Below are positions 39,500-51,500 of a stretch of DNA of 64,000 nt, in pieces. The first letter of the stretch is position 1, and each line of letters opens with the position of its first letter. The translations under genes and the position numbers were made by a program. Under the pieces are notes generated by a model, which saw only the letters and a list, made by a program, of their open reading frames with translations, was not told the origin of the DNA and made no database searches. This stretch comes from Octopus vulgaris (lineage: Eukaryota), in assembly GCA_951406725.2 (NCBI GenBank), contig OX597839.1, positions 32,984,001 through 33,048,000 on the forward strand. Direction: 5' to 3'.

Positions 39500-40150
39500 T
39501 GTATATGTGAAAGAGAGAGAAAGAAAGAAAGGGAGAGAGAGAAAGGAAGAATGGTGAGAGAGTAATGGAGGGGGGAACAGACAAAGAAAGGAGGGAAGTG
39601 GAGAGAGAGAGATGGAGAGACAAAGAAAGGGAGAGTGAAAGAGAGTAACGGAAGGAGAGAGGGAAAGAGCAAGGAAGAATGGAGAGAGAAATAGAGTAAT
39701 GGAGGGGGGGAACAGGCAGAGAGAGGGGCAGAAAGAAAGAAAGGAGGGAAGTGGAGAGAGAGATGGAGAGACAAAGAAAGAGTAATGGAAGGAGAGAGGG
39801 GGGAAAGAAAGAGAAAGAGAAACAGAGTAATGGAGAAAAACACAGAAAGAAAGGAGGAGGGAAGTGGAGAGAGAGAGAGAGAGAGAGAACAAAGATATCA
39901 ATAAAATTGTGAGACAATGCTTTTAGTTGACAATAGAGAGAGAGAGAGAGAGAGAGAGAAAGAAAGTGTGTGTGGGAAGATATAAGACTACAAAATATCA
40001 TGGTCCAGTGTGTGTGTGTGTGTGAATGAACGAACGAACGAATGTGTGTTGAACGTGTGTAGGTATCTGAGCATGTGTGTGCAAGAGATTCTGTGAGAGA
40101 ATGAAATTGTGTGTGTAAATAATCTGTCGTGTGTGTGTGTGTGTGTGTGG
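39500..40150. repeat. GA-rich and TG-rich low-complexity tract
   Basis: Purine-rich repeats with internal duplications (gagtaatggagggggg). Confidence 0.85.
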
Positions 40151-40389
40151 TGTGCAAGGTATGCGATATGCATTGGGTGTTTGTTGGAAAGTGGGGGGTG
40201 AGTGCAATGGGGGGGGGGGGCAGGAAGAACTCAAATGAAGAAGGAGAGAGAGAGTCATTTCAAGAGTCAAGTAGAATCTTTTCCTACAATATCACAGGGA
40301 TTGTTTCCGGCATCTGAAAAAGACAAACGAAAGAAAATCGGGGTCACAGGCTTGGAAAAAGGAAAATTATTTGAAAAAAAAATACGCAA

Positions 40390-40820
40390 TCAATAATAAT
40401 AATTAATAACAAATATTAATAAATAATAATTAATAGCAAATAATAATAATAATTAACAAATATTAATAATTAATTATGAATATTAATAAATGATAATAAT
40501 TAATAACAAATATTAATTAACAAATAATAATAATAATAATTAACAAATATTAATAAATGATAATTATAACTATTAATAAATGTTAATAATTAACAAATAT
40601 TAATAAATGATTATAATAATTAATAACATATTAATAAATGATAATAATAATTAATAACAAATATTAATAAATGATAATTAATTATAACTATTGATAAATG
40701 ATTATAATTAATAACAAATATTAATAAATTATAATAATTAACAAATATTAATAAATGATAATAATTAACAAATATTAATAAATGATAATAAATTATAATT
40801 ATTAATAAATGATAAGTAAT
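40390..40820. repeat. AT-rich (AAT/AATT) low-complexity tandem repeat
   Basis: aacaaatattaataaatgataataataatt variants. Confidence 0.9.
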
Positions 40821-41036
40821 AAAAAGAAATAAGGGCCCATATGGTTAACATAAACAAAAAAAGCAGAAAATGGACCCAGGTCTTTCTCGAAGGACCCACT
40901 GGATATTGTAGTAATGGGAGAAACATGCATGATGCATGAAAATAAGAGGTGATGGTCAAGGCTGGAACCACCTTGATTACAAGTCTGTATACACAACATG
41001 TATAGTTTACCTTCGGCTCCTTTTATTTAGTTTGGT

Positions 41037-41176
41037 TTATGTTTCCGTATCGCTTCCGGACCCTTCACTGTCCACAACTCCTTTCAGGTTATGGAAGCTT
41101 TCGGGCTTAGATTTTACTATTTTGGCAGGAGAGTTTTCCACAGAGAAAAACCCTTTTCGTTTCCTACGGGATCGAC
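41037..41176 (-). CDS. HIRIP3: HIRIP3-like, terminal coding exon
   Basis: ttacag acceptor, phase 1; GRSRRKRKGFFSVENSPAKIVKSKPESFHNLKGVVDSEGSGSDTET*, resembling the HIRIP3 GRPRRR motif and C-terminal RGIISSDGES motif. Confidence 0.85.
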
Positions 41177-42497
41177 CTGTAACATCAACAAAAGCAATAA
41201 TACAAGGTTAAACACGCATATAAAAAGGGTGACGGGTAAAGAGCCCCTTCCGTCATGAACGACCATGGCATTGCCCCTAGAAAGTTACCTTTCGAGGCAC
41301 AAGTCTGGGCAATGTTGTTTATGGAAGACCAGCAGTTGCCCATCTGCGTGCCATTGGTGTTATCCAAGGGAAAGGCAAAGGGGCCGATACAGCTTGGCCC
41401 CAGAGACGTTGCAATTCATTTCTAAAACTGGGGGAACTGGAGCAATGTGAAATAAAGTGCCTTGCTCAAGACCACAACACACTGCTTGGTCTGGGAATTG
41501 AACTCACTACCTCGTGATTGTAAGCTCAACACTCTAACCACTGAGCCATGGGCCAACACACAAACAGGAGTGGCTGTGTGGTAAATAGATTGCTAACCAA
41601 CCACATGGTTCCGGGTTCAGTCCCACTGCGTGGCACCTTGGGCAAGTATCTTCTGCTATAGCCTCGGGTCAACCAAAGCCTTGTGAGTGGATTTGGTAGA
41701 TGGAAACTGAAAGAAGCCTGTCGTATATATATGTGTTTGTCCCCCTAGCATTGCTTGACAACCGATGCTGGTGTGTTTACGTCCCCGTCACTTAGCGGTT
41801 CGGCAAAAGAGACCGATAGAATAAGTACTGGGCTTACAAAAAGAATAAGTCCCGGATCGAGTGCTCGATTAAAGGCGGTGCTCCAGCATGGCCGCAGTCA
41901 AATGACTGAAACAAGTAAAAGAGTATATATATATATATATATATATATATACGTAATGGAAGGTTAGCCCTTGAACAGAGGAGGAGGGAGAGGATGATCC
42001 CCTTCCAGTTTTTTTTTTTAAACCCTTTTGTTACCAACCCGGCTGAAACCGGCTCTGGCTCTGAGTACAAATGTCTTGTTTCCCAAAGTTTTAAATTAAA
42101 ATCTTCCACCAAACCTTAGTCACAATTTATGTTCCTAACACTAGCTTAATGATAACTAAGTTATTTTACTAAATTCTTTGTTAGATTTAAAGTAATTGAA
42201 AGAAACCCAGAGCACCTCAAGATAAATACAGTAGCAAAAGGGTTAAGAGAGAGAGATCACATGTATTCATTGATAAACAGCAGGTTAGTAGTTCAACAAT
42301 TGCAGCGTGGAAGGTGTTTATAAGTCATTTAATAAACACACAAAAACTGTTAGATTCACTTCAACATTTAAATTTCATTTGCCAAAATACTTTCGTCACT
42401 TTGAGATCGCAACCTGTTCACTGAGAGTTAGTCCAACAGTTTGTGACGAGGACCCAGTCAGTAGCCCCATAACGTGTGACGGTGGGCTGTAGCTTAG

Positions 42498-43130
42498 CAG
42501 AAACCTGGACGTTATCTAAGAAGCTTGAGAAGCGGTTGGATGGAACCTACACTCGCCTCCTTATGAGAGCTCAAAATCTCTCGTGGAAGCGCCATCCAAC
42601 CAAAATGCAAATATATGGGAAACTACCACCTGTGTCATCTCTTGTGAAAGGTAGGAGAGTCCAGTTTGCTGGACATTGTTGTAGAGCTGAAAACGAGGTA
42701 ATTTCTACTCTTCTCCTCTGGAAGCCATCTACTCGCAATACCAGAGGGCGCACACTCTTCGAGAGGTGATTGGATGGAACCTACACTCGCCTCCTTATGA
42801 GAGCTCAAAATCTCTCGTGGAAGCGCCATCCAACTAAAATGCAAATATATGGGAAACTACCACCTGTATCATCTCTTGTGAAAGGTAGGAGATTCCAGTT
42901 TGCTGGACATTGTTGTAGAGCTGAAAAAGAGGTAATTTCTACTCTTCTCCTCTGGAAGCCATCTACTCGCAATACCAGAGGGCGCACACTCTCCTACCCA
43001 GAGATCTCCAGAGATACAGGCATCCAGCAACAGGACCTCCGTAATGCCATGATGGACCGTGAAGTCTGGCGTAGCATGGTAAATTCCATTGTCTCGACCA
43101 CGGTCGAACAATGATGATGATGATGATGAT
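42498..43130 (+). mobile_element. RTE-clade LINE 3' fragment with internal 234-bp tandem duplication
   Basis: ETWTLSKKL..STTVEQ* plus (TGA)n; nearly identical to 23345-23730. Confidence 0.9.
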
Positions 43131-43191
43131 TAGCAGCCGGACATTCTTTGCTCTGTTCCTGATGTAAAATGCTTGTAAAGCCAGGACTTAC

Positions 43192-43281
43192 CTGAATCAC
43201 AAGATATAATATTGTCCTTGTTTAACTGTTTAGCTTCGCGCAACAAACGTATTCTTTCCGCAGCTTTCATTGTTGGACGGC
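43192..43281 (-). CDS. HIRIP3: HIRIP3-like exon (CHZ-domain region)
   Basis: tttcag acceptor, gtaagt donor, phase 1-1, 90 nt; GRPTMKAAERIRLLREAKQLNKDNIISCDSG. Confidence 0.88.
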
Positions 43282-44443
43282 CTGAAACACAATAAATCAA
43301 CTAATTAATTCATCCAATAATTGCAGCGGTTTATTTAATCAACTTAAGAATCCTCGTTAAAAACGTACAGGCGCAGGGGTGGCTGTGTGGTAAGTAGCTT
43401 GTTTACCAACCACATGGTTCCGGGTTCAGTCCCACTGCGTGGCACCTTGTGCAAGTGTCTTCTGCTATAGTCTCGGGCTGACCAAAGCCTTGTGAGTGGA
43501 TTTGGTAGAAGGAAACCGAAAGAAGCCCGTCGTATATATGTATATATGTGTGTGTGTGTTTGTGCGTCTGTGTTTGTCCCCATAGCATTGCTTGACAACC
43601 GATGCTGGTGTGTTTACGTCCCCGTCACTTAGCAGTTCGGCAAAAGAGTAAGTCTCGGGGTCGAGTTGCTCGATTAAAGGCGGTGCTCCAGCATGGCCGC
43701 AGTCAAATGACTGAAACAAGTAAAAGAGTTTTGTGCAGGCCAAGAAATTATTGTTGTTATTATTAATAAGGTGGTGAGCTGGCAGAATCGTTAACACGCT
43801 GGGCGAAATGCCTAGCAGTACTTCGTCCGTCCTTATGTTCTGAGTTCAAATTCCACCAAGGTTAACTTTACCTTTCATCCTTTTGGGGTTGATAAATTAA
43901 GTACCAGTGAAACACTGGGGTCAATGCAATCGACTAGTCCCCCTCCCCCAAATTTCAGGCCTTGTACCTTAAGTAGAAATTACTATTATTATTATTTCTC
44001 TGGTGGCTGTAGCAAAAGAGACAGTATGGAGGACTTGTTTGAAAGGGCTAATATCAGATACTTTCCTCTTTGGCCAAACCCTAATCAATTTTTTCAAGTT
44101 TCACTTGAAAAGGAAGTTGAGGGCAGAGAAGGAAGAGTTGCGTTGTAGCAAGTTTGTTGGAAGAATGGCCAATGTAAAAGGACCAATTCTGAGCATACAC
44201 CTGTGAAAGACAAAAGAAGGGCTCTTGCCCTATTGATCAGGCACCCATGGCTTTTGGGGGGTTTTCCACAGGACCTTTAAAGCACTTCCCCTATTGGGAT
44301 TTTACATTGTTTACATGAGAAAAACCCCTTGTATTGCATTGTGTTGTCTTTTATGTTGTTGCACAGTGTCTTCTGCTATAGTCTCGGGCCGACCAAAGCC
44401 TTGTGAGAGGATTTGGTAGATGGAAACTGAAAGAAGCTCATCG

Positions 44444-44476
<33 letters not shown>

Positions 44477-44797
44477 ATATATATATATATGTATGTGTAT
44501 ATATATGTGTGTGTGTGTTTGTCCCCCCCTCCCCCAACATTGCTTGACAAACAATGCTGGTGTGTTTATGTTCCCGTAACTTAGCGGTTCGGCAAAAAAG
44601 ACCGATAGAATAAGTACTGGGCTTACAAAGAATAAGTCCTGGGGTCGAGTTGTTCGGCTAAAGGCGGTGCTGCAGCATGGCCAAAGTCAAATGACTGAAG
44701 CAAGTAAAAAGGATTATAAGGAGAGAGAGAGAGAGAGAGAGAGGCAGAGAAAGACAAGGAAAGAAAATGGTCCATCATCCACTTGGAACCGACTCAC

Positions 44798-44978
44798 CTG
44801 TCATACCAGCATCTTTTAGTATTTCTCTCAAGCGTTTACATTTCTGTCTGTCTGTCTTCAAGTCCTGGAATTCTTTCTTGTAATTGACAAAAAGTTCCGC
44901 AGCTCGGCAGATTCTTCGAAACAGTTTCACCTGAGAGCTTTCTTCGACGGAATCGGTCGTCGCTTTAGCACTGACTTT
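44798..44978 (-). CDS. HIRIP3: HIRIP3-like exon (conserved helical region)
   Basis: aaacag acceptor, gtgagt donor, phase 0-1; VKLFRRICRAAELFVNYKKEF..RLREILKDAGMTG resembles HIRIP3 RLKRYIRACG..NYKKLL..LRAELEALGMKG. Confidence 0.88.
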
Positions 44979-45964
44979 CTGTTTCAGAAAAAAAAGTAAA
45001 AAGGCAAATGAATGAAACACGGAAAGGTGGTGCCCCAGCATGGCCAGAGTCCAATGACAGAAACACAACAAAGAAAGAAGAAATAAAACAAAGAAATTAA
45101 TAGTAAAAAGTGAACTTTACAACTTCTCAGTCTGTCTGTCTGTCTGTCACCCATACGCACGGAAGAATAAGACATTCACAGAAAATCTGCTTCCATGAAT
45201 TCTGGCAGATCCATGGAAAGCAGCGGGGGACGTTGAAACACTGATGAGGTGGATAGATGGACGGACGGATAGACAGATAGGTAGATAAGTACATAGATAA
45301 ATAGGTAGTCAGATGGATAGATGGACAGATAGACAAATAGGTGGATAGACAGACAGACAGATCATCATCATTTAGCATCTGCCTTCCACGCTGGCATGGG
45401 TTGGACGGTTCAATTGGGGTCTGTGAAGCCACAAACTGCACCAGGCCCAGTCTGATCTGGCAGTGTTTCTACGGCTGGATGCCCTTCCTAACGCCAACCA
45501 CTCCGTGAGTGTAGTGGGTGCTTTTTACGTGCCACCCGCACAGGTGCCAGACGGAGCTGGCAAACGGCCACGGACGGATGGTGCTTTAGGTGTCACTTTT
45601 GGCACAGGAGCCAGGGAGGCTAACGGCCTTGAACGGATGGTTAAATCTCCACCGGCACGTAAAGGCGAGGCTGGCAACGGCCACGAACGGATGGTGCTAC
45701 ATGCCACTGGCACGGGGGCCAGGCGAGGCTGGCAACGGCCACAAACGATGGTGCTTTTATGTGCCACTGGCACGGAGGCTCTAAAAGCAACGGCCACGAT
45801 TGGATGGTTCGCTTACTTGTCACTGGCACTGGTACCACAGCTGCAATTTCCATTGATGTTGATCGACTTTGATTTTGGTACTGCTTTCGGATATTGGACA
45901 TTTGATTTGGTTTGATTTTGATATGTTCCTTTATTAGCCACACAGGGCTGAACACAAAGGGGAC

Positions 45965-46520
45965 AAATTACAAAGTAGAGCTTTTCTTTTGGGGGTAAAA
46001 AAAGAGTGGGGTAGGTTGTAGGTTTTTCGATCAAAAGGGATCGTAAAAAGGAAAGAAAAAAAACAATCAATAAGGATCATGTATCACAGAAATGTCATGA
46101 TGTAACGTGTAAAGGGGGAAGCAGATAAGGTTTATCTGTGGAAAGAAAAGACCACGGTAACCTCGGTCAATAATGTCACATGTTAACACATTTATTTGCA
46201 AGTAAGTAACTCTCTGTAGATAGACAAACAGACAGATAGATAGATAGATAGACATATAGACAGACAAATAGGTAGATAGATATAGGTAGATATATATATA
46301 TCGAGATATATAGATAGGTAGATATATAACGGGAAGGTTTACGAAAATAAACAAAAGACGAAGGCGGGTGGTGTACAAACAAACAAATGTATTAGTATGG
46401 CGCTCAAGAATAGAAATAGAACTAGTGTTTTACGTTTCGAGCCTACGCTCTTCGACAGAAAGATACACAGAAAAGAAACAAGGAGAGAAAAAAATGCGTG
46501 TAGGAGCTAACGGTCTAAGA
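45965..46520 (-). mobile_element. Probable Penelope-like fragment with hammerhead-like motif
   Basis: CUGUCGA-A-GAGC-GUAG-GCUC-GAAA-CG-UA at 46428-46462. Confidence 0.45.
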
Positions 46521-47430
46521 TAGGCCGATAGATACATACATATAGACACATACACAATTGTGCATATGTTGAAAACAAGATTTGAAACAAAGTAATATAT
46601 ATACATATATATATATATATAGATAGGTATATTACAGTAGAAGCTTTAGTTTTTGGAAACTGTTCCTGCTGAGCTTTGAGTTGGTGAGATTCCGAAACAT
46701 CTCAAGACTGGCAACAAAAAGAAGAAAAACTTGCACATAGGCGCAGGAGTGGCTGTGTGGTAAGTAGCTTGCTTACCAACCACATGGAATTTTCCGGGTT
46801 CAGTCCCACTGCAAAAGGTTGGGCAAGTGTCTTCTATTATAGCCTCGGGCCAACCAAAGCCTTGTGCATATTTGAGATGGAAACTCAAAGAATATATCGT
46901 ATATATGTATATATAAGTATAAGCTTTAGTTTGGAAACTGTTCTGTGTTTGAGTTGGTGAGATTGTGAAACATCTCAAGACTAGCAAAAAAAAAACTTGA
47001 CAACCAGGAGTGGCTGGTGTAAGTTTATGTCCCCAGCCACTTACTTAGCGGTTCGGCAAAAGAGACCGATAGAATAAGTACTGGGCTTACAAAGAATAAG
47101 TCCCGGGGTCGAGTTGCTCGATTAAAGGTGGTGCTGGAAACTGGAAGAAGCCCGTCGTATATATATTATATATATATATATATGCTGTGTTTGTCCCCTA
47201 TGGCAACGCTGGTGTGTTTAGTCAAATAGAATAAGTACTGGGCTTACAAAGAATAAGTCCCGGGTCGAGTTGCTCGATTAAAGGTGGTGCTCAGATGCCG
47301 CAGTCAAATGACTGAAACAAGTAAAGTGTAAGGATTTGTGAAGTTTCGGCTTCCAGACGAGTGTGTGTGGGGTGTATAATGTTTTGTGTGGGGGAGGGGT
47401 AGATGGTGGCTGAATAAACCTGACACTCAC

Positions 47431-47583
47431 CTTTGCACTGGTGTTTTTCTTGGAGGATGAAATATTTGATGACGATGACAGTGATGACGACAACGAAGTG
47501 TCGGAGTCTGTGTCCTCTTCTTCTTGCCCATTGCATCCGTTCTTGGAATCCCCTTCGTCACTGTTCTCAACTTCAGCTGATGC
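47431..47583 (-). CDS. HIRIP3: HIRIP3-like exon (acidic, Ser-rich)
   Basis: AAG|gtgagt donor, weak caaaag acceptor, phase 0-0, 153 nt; ASAEVENSDEGDSK..SSSKKNTSAK. Confidence 0.75.
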
Positions 47584-48068
47584 CTTTTGTATATTATACA
47601 CATATATATATATATACACACATATATATATACATACATACATACATACATACATACACGTGCCGGGTGAGTTTGTTTTAGTTTGGTGTTTTTGATTTTT
47701 TTTTTGTTTGTTATTGATGGTGGTCACGAGGTGGAGAGGATGAAAAGACAGCAAAATATATTTGTAGTTATTCTCCACAAAAGAAAACGGTTTACAAAAC
47801 AGAAGAATTTATTCCAGTTTCATGATAAAGGCAAAAAAACCCAAAAACCCTGCAGACTTCCTCACAGAAAAATGGATTCAAATACATCAACTTCTCCACC
47901 AAAATGGCAGAGACAAAAAATATTACATAAACAATAATGAAAGAAAATACTCATGAAATGAATATCAAAAGGCGTTCCAACCATGGCTATCCAGCTAAAA
48001 CTACAGTGTGTTATGTGACTTTCTTTAAGATGGTATGATATTGTTTAGCAGTTCAGCATTTAAACTAG

Positions 48069-48233
48069 TTATAAGCAAGGGCAAAAGAAGAATATTTCCA
48101 TGCCAAATATGCCTAAATAGACTTAATCGTCAAAAGATGTGTGCTTATAGTGATAAATTATATGGTTATTGACAATTAAGTCTATTTCGGCATATTTGGC
48201 ATTGAAATATTTTTCTTTTGCCCTTGTTTATAA
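48069..48233. mobile_element. Fold-back (MITE-like) inverted repeat
   Basis: 65-bp arms with 5 mismatches and a 35-bp spacer. Confidence 0.7.
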
Positions 48234-49375
48234 GTGGTATGTGTGTGTGTGTATATAGGCGCAGGAGTGGCTGTGTGGTAAGTAGCTTGCTTACCAACCA
48301 CATGGTTCCGGGTTCAGTCCCACTGCGTGGCACCTTGGGCAAGTGTCTTCTACTATAGCCTCGGGCCGACCAAAGCCTTGTGAGTGGATTTGGTAGACGG
48401 AAACTGAAAGAAGCCCGTCGTATATATGTATGCGTGTGTGTCTGTCTGTGTCCCCCTAGTATTGCTTGACAACCGATGGTGGTGTGTTACGTCCCCGTCA
48501 CTTAGCGGTTCGACAAAAGAGACCGATAGAATAAGTACTGGGCTTACAAAAGAATAAGTTCCGGGGTCGAGTTGCTCGACTAAAGGCGGTGCTCCAGCAT
48601 GGCCGCAGTCAAATGACTGAAACAAGTAAAAGGGTAAAGGGTCCGAGTTGGTGTGAGAGACCAGTTTGACCATAAAACAAGCAGAATACTTATGGCCGGT
48701 TTAAAGGGTTAAATGAAATTAAAATAATTTTGATGTGTGTATGTATATACACACACATATACATACATATACACACATAAACAATGGGCTTCTTGAAGTT
48801 TCTATCAACCAAATCCACTCACAAGGGTTTGAACAGGCTAGGGCTATGGTAGAAAGACACTTGCTTGAGGTGCCGTGCAATGAGATTGAACCTGAAACCA
48901 TGTGGTTCGGAAGCAAACTTCTTACCACGCAGCCATGTCCACACCCATGTTAGCTGAATGTGTGTCATCAGACCTCCTTTTGTGAAAGGTGCCGTCTAAA
49001 TTGGCAGTTGTCTCTCTCTCTCTCCAGGACTCTGGAATGTGACAATAAACTAGGAAAGGCGGAACTAACAGAAATAGTCACATTTTCACTTGTTTTGATT
49101 CCAAGTGAACACACCCACCCACAAACACTAACAAAATATACATACTACAGGAGATATATATATATGGAAATTTTAATTTCTTGGTCGGTTCTGCATGATC
49201 TCATCCACTTAGGTTTTCAATGCAAAACAAACTTGACATGATGTTTACACACCATAAGCATATATACACACACACATACACCCTACAAAATATTGTTTTG
49301 TGTTTCTTTTAACTTGTATTTTTTTTTCTAATTGACATTTTTATGCTTCAGGTTCTATACGTGACTGCTTAATCA

Positions 49376-49460
49376 TGCCATGTACAAAAGACGCCTTGGA
49401 ACTGTTTGAATTTCGAAGAGGCCGTATCGTGGGTCAACCTAAAGGTGGACTTAGCGTAAA
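49376..49460 (+). mobile_element. Tc1-like transposase N-terminal relic
   Basis: MPCTKDALELFEFRRGRIVG resembles the ELSEFERGRIVG HTH start. Confidence 0.5.
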
Positions 49461-49749
49461 ATCTTGGGACCCCGCTTTATATGTTCCTATAACCTGTGTT
49501 AATTCTGTAACCCTTTAACCCTTTAGCATTCAGATTATTCTGTCAAAAGTAAAGCTTATGTATTCACACCATATAAAATTAATCTTGCATCATTTCATGG
49601 CTTTGAGATTTCAATGATGTGATTGTTTATTTTTAAAATGACACAATAAGATAGCTATGAATGACCATATCTGACTAGTTTGAACATAAAACAGGTAGAA
49701 TATTTTGGCCGGATATGGCCGGTTTAAACACTAAAGGGTTAAACTGTAA

Positions 49750-50127
49750 GATAAGAAAGTTCATTTTCGGCACTTGATGCTTTGGGAACCAGACAAAAAT
49801 TGCTGCAGCTTGGCTGGGATGTGTTACCCCACCCTCCATATTCACCAGATATTGCTCCTTTGGATTTCCACTTATTCAGGTCTCTGCAGAATAGTCTTTA
49901 TGGTAAAAATTTCAATTCCTTGGATGACGTAAAAAGATACCTTGATGAATTCTTTGCCACGAAACCACCTCAATTCTGTGAAGAGGGTCTTTTCAAGTTA
50001 GAGGAAAGATGGAGACGCATTGTGCAACAAAATGATTCGTATTTGGTTGACTAAAAATGTAATGGCAAGTATTTATTGACCTTTTTCCTTCCTTTAAAAA
50101 TCGGCAAGAACTTTCCGGACAACCCAA
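49750..50127 (+). mobile_element. Internally deleted mariner element
   Basis: DKKVHFRHLMLWE fused to QKLLQLGWDVLPHPPYSPDIAPLDFHLFRSLQNSL; 3' TIR-like aagaactttccggacaacccaa followed by TA. Confidence 0.85.
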
Positions 50128-50809
50128 TATTATTATTATTATAAACAGTACAACAGTAATGGCAACAATAAAAGCTGATATCAAAAGTTCAGTTAGAAAG
50201 CAAAAGAAAGAAAACAGGAGTTTAGTCATTATAAAGAAAGAAAAAGGAGGAAAACAAAGGGAAACGATTGGTTGTGCATTGAGTCCTTGAGCAAGACACT
50301 TCATTTCACATTGCCCCAGTCCACCTGGATGGCAAAAATGAGTAACTGTACAATAGACAAACTGGCTGTGTGCTCCTTAAAGATTAGTGTGAATTTAGGC
50401 GCAGGAGTGGCTGTGTGGTAAGTTGCTTGCTAACCAACCACATGGTTCCCGGTTCAGTCCCACTGCGTGGCATCTTGGGCAAGTGTCTTCTACTATAGCC
50501 CCAGGCCGACCAATGCCTTGTGAGTGGATTTGGTGGACGGAAACTGAAAGAAGCCTGTTGTATATATGTATATATATATATGTGTGTGTTTGTCCCCCCC
50601 AACATCGCTTGACAACCGATGCTGGTGTGTTTATGTCCCCGTCACTTTGCGGTTCGGCAAAAGAGACCGATAGAATAAGTACTGGGCTTACAAAGAATAA
50701 GTCCCGGGGTCGATTTGCTCGACTAAAGGCGGTGTTCCAGCATGGCCGCAGTCAAATGACTGAAACAAGTAAAAGAGTAAAGAGTAATTTACTCTACAGA
50801 AATAGATTG

Positions 50810-51500
50810 GTGGAGGCAGATGGTTTAATGGTCAGGGGTGTCAGAGATATGATTGTAAGGCTGAGGTTTCGATTCCTGGACTGGGTGCTGTATTGTTTTC
50901 TTGAGCAAGACACTTCATTTCATGTTGTTCCACTCCACTCAGCTTGTAAAAATGATTAATTCCATCCTGAAGTGGCAACCCCTCCAGAGAAACTAGGAAA
51001 CCAACTCTATACTCCTTACAGGACTGACCATGCAGAAAGAGACTGGGGGAGATGCATGGCTCAGTGGTTAGGCTGTTGGACTCATGATTGTAAGATTGTG
51101 GTTTCAATTCCTGGACTGGGCGACGTGTTGTGTTCTTGAGCAAGACACTTCATTTTACGTTGCTCCAGTTCACTCAGCTGGTAATAGTGAGTATTCCTGT
51201 GAGGGACTGGGATCCAGTCCAGGGGGGAAATACAGCAAAGAAACTGGCCGTGTATACCTTAGAGATTAATGTGGATCCACCATACAGAAGTAGACTGGTG
51301 GATGGCTTAGTGGTTAGGGTGTTGGAGTCATGATCGTAAGATCGTGGTTTCAATTTCAGGTCTGGGTGATGTGTTGTGATCTTGAGCAAGACCCTTTATT
51401 TCATGTTACCCCAGTCCACTCGGCTGGCAAAAGCAAGTAATGCTGTAACAGACCAGCATCCCATTCGGAAGGGAATATATGCACCGGAGAAACCAGGAAA
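50810..51500 (+). mobile_element. Three adjacent degenerate tRNA/CORE-like SINEs
   Basis: tggc.cagtggttag..gtttc.attcc..cttgagcaagacact repeated at ~50815, 51050 and 51300. Confidence 0.65.
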
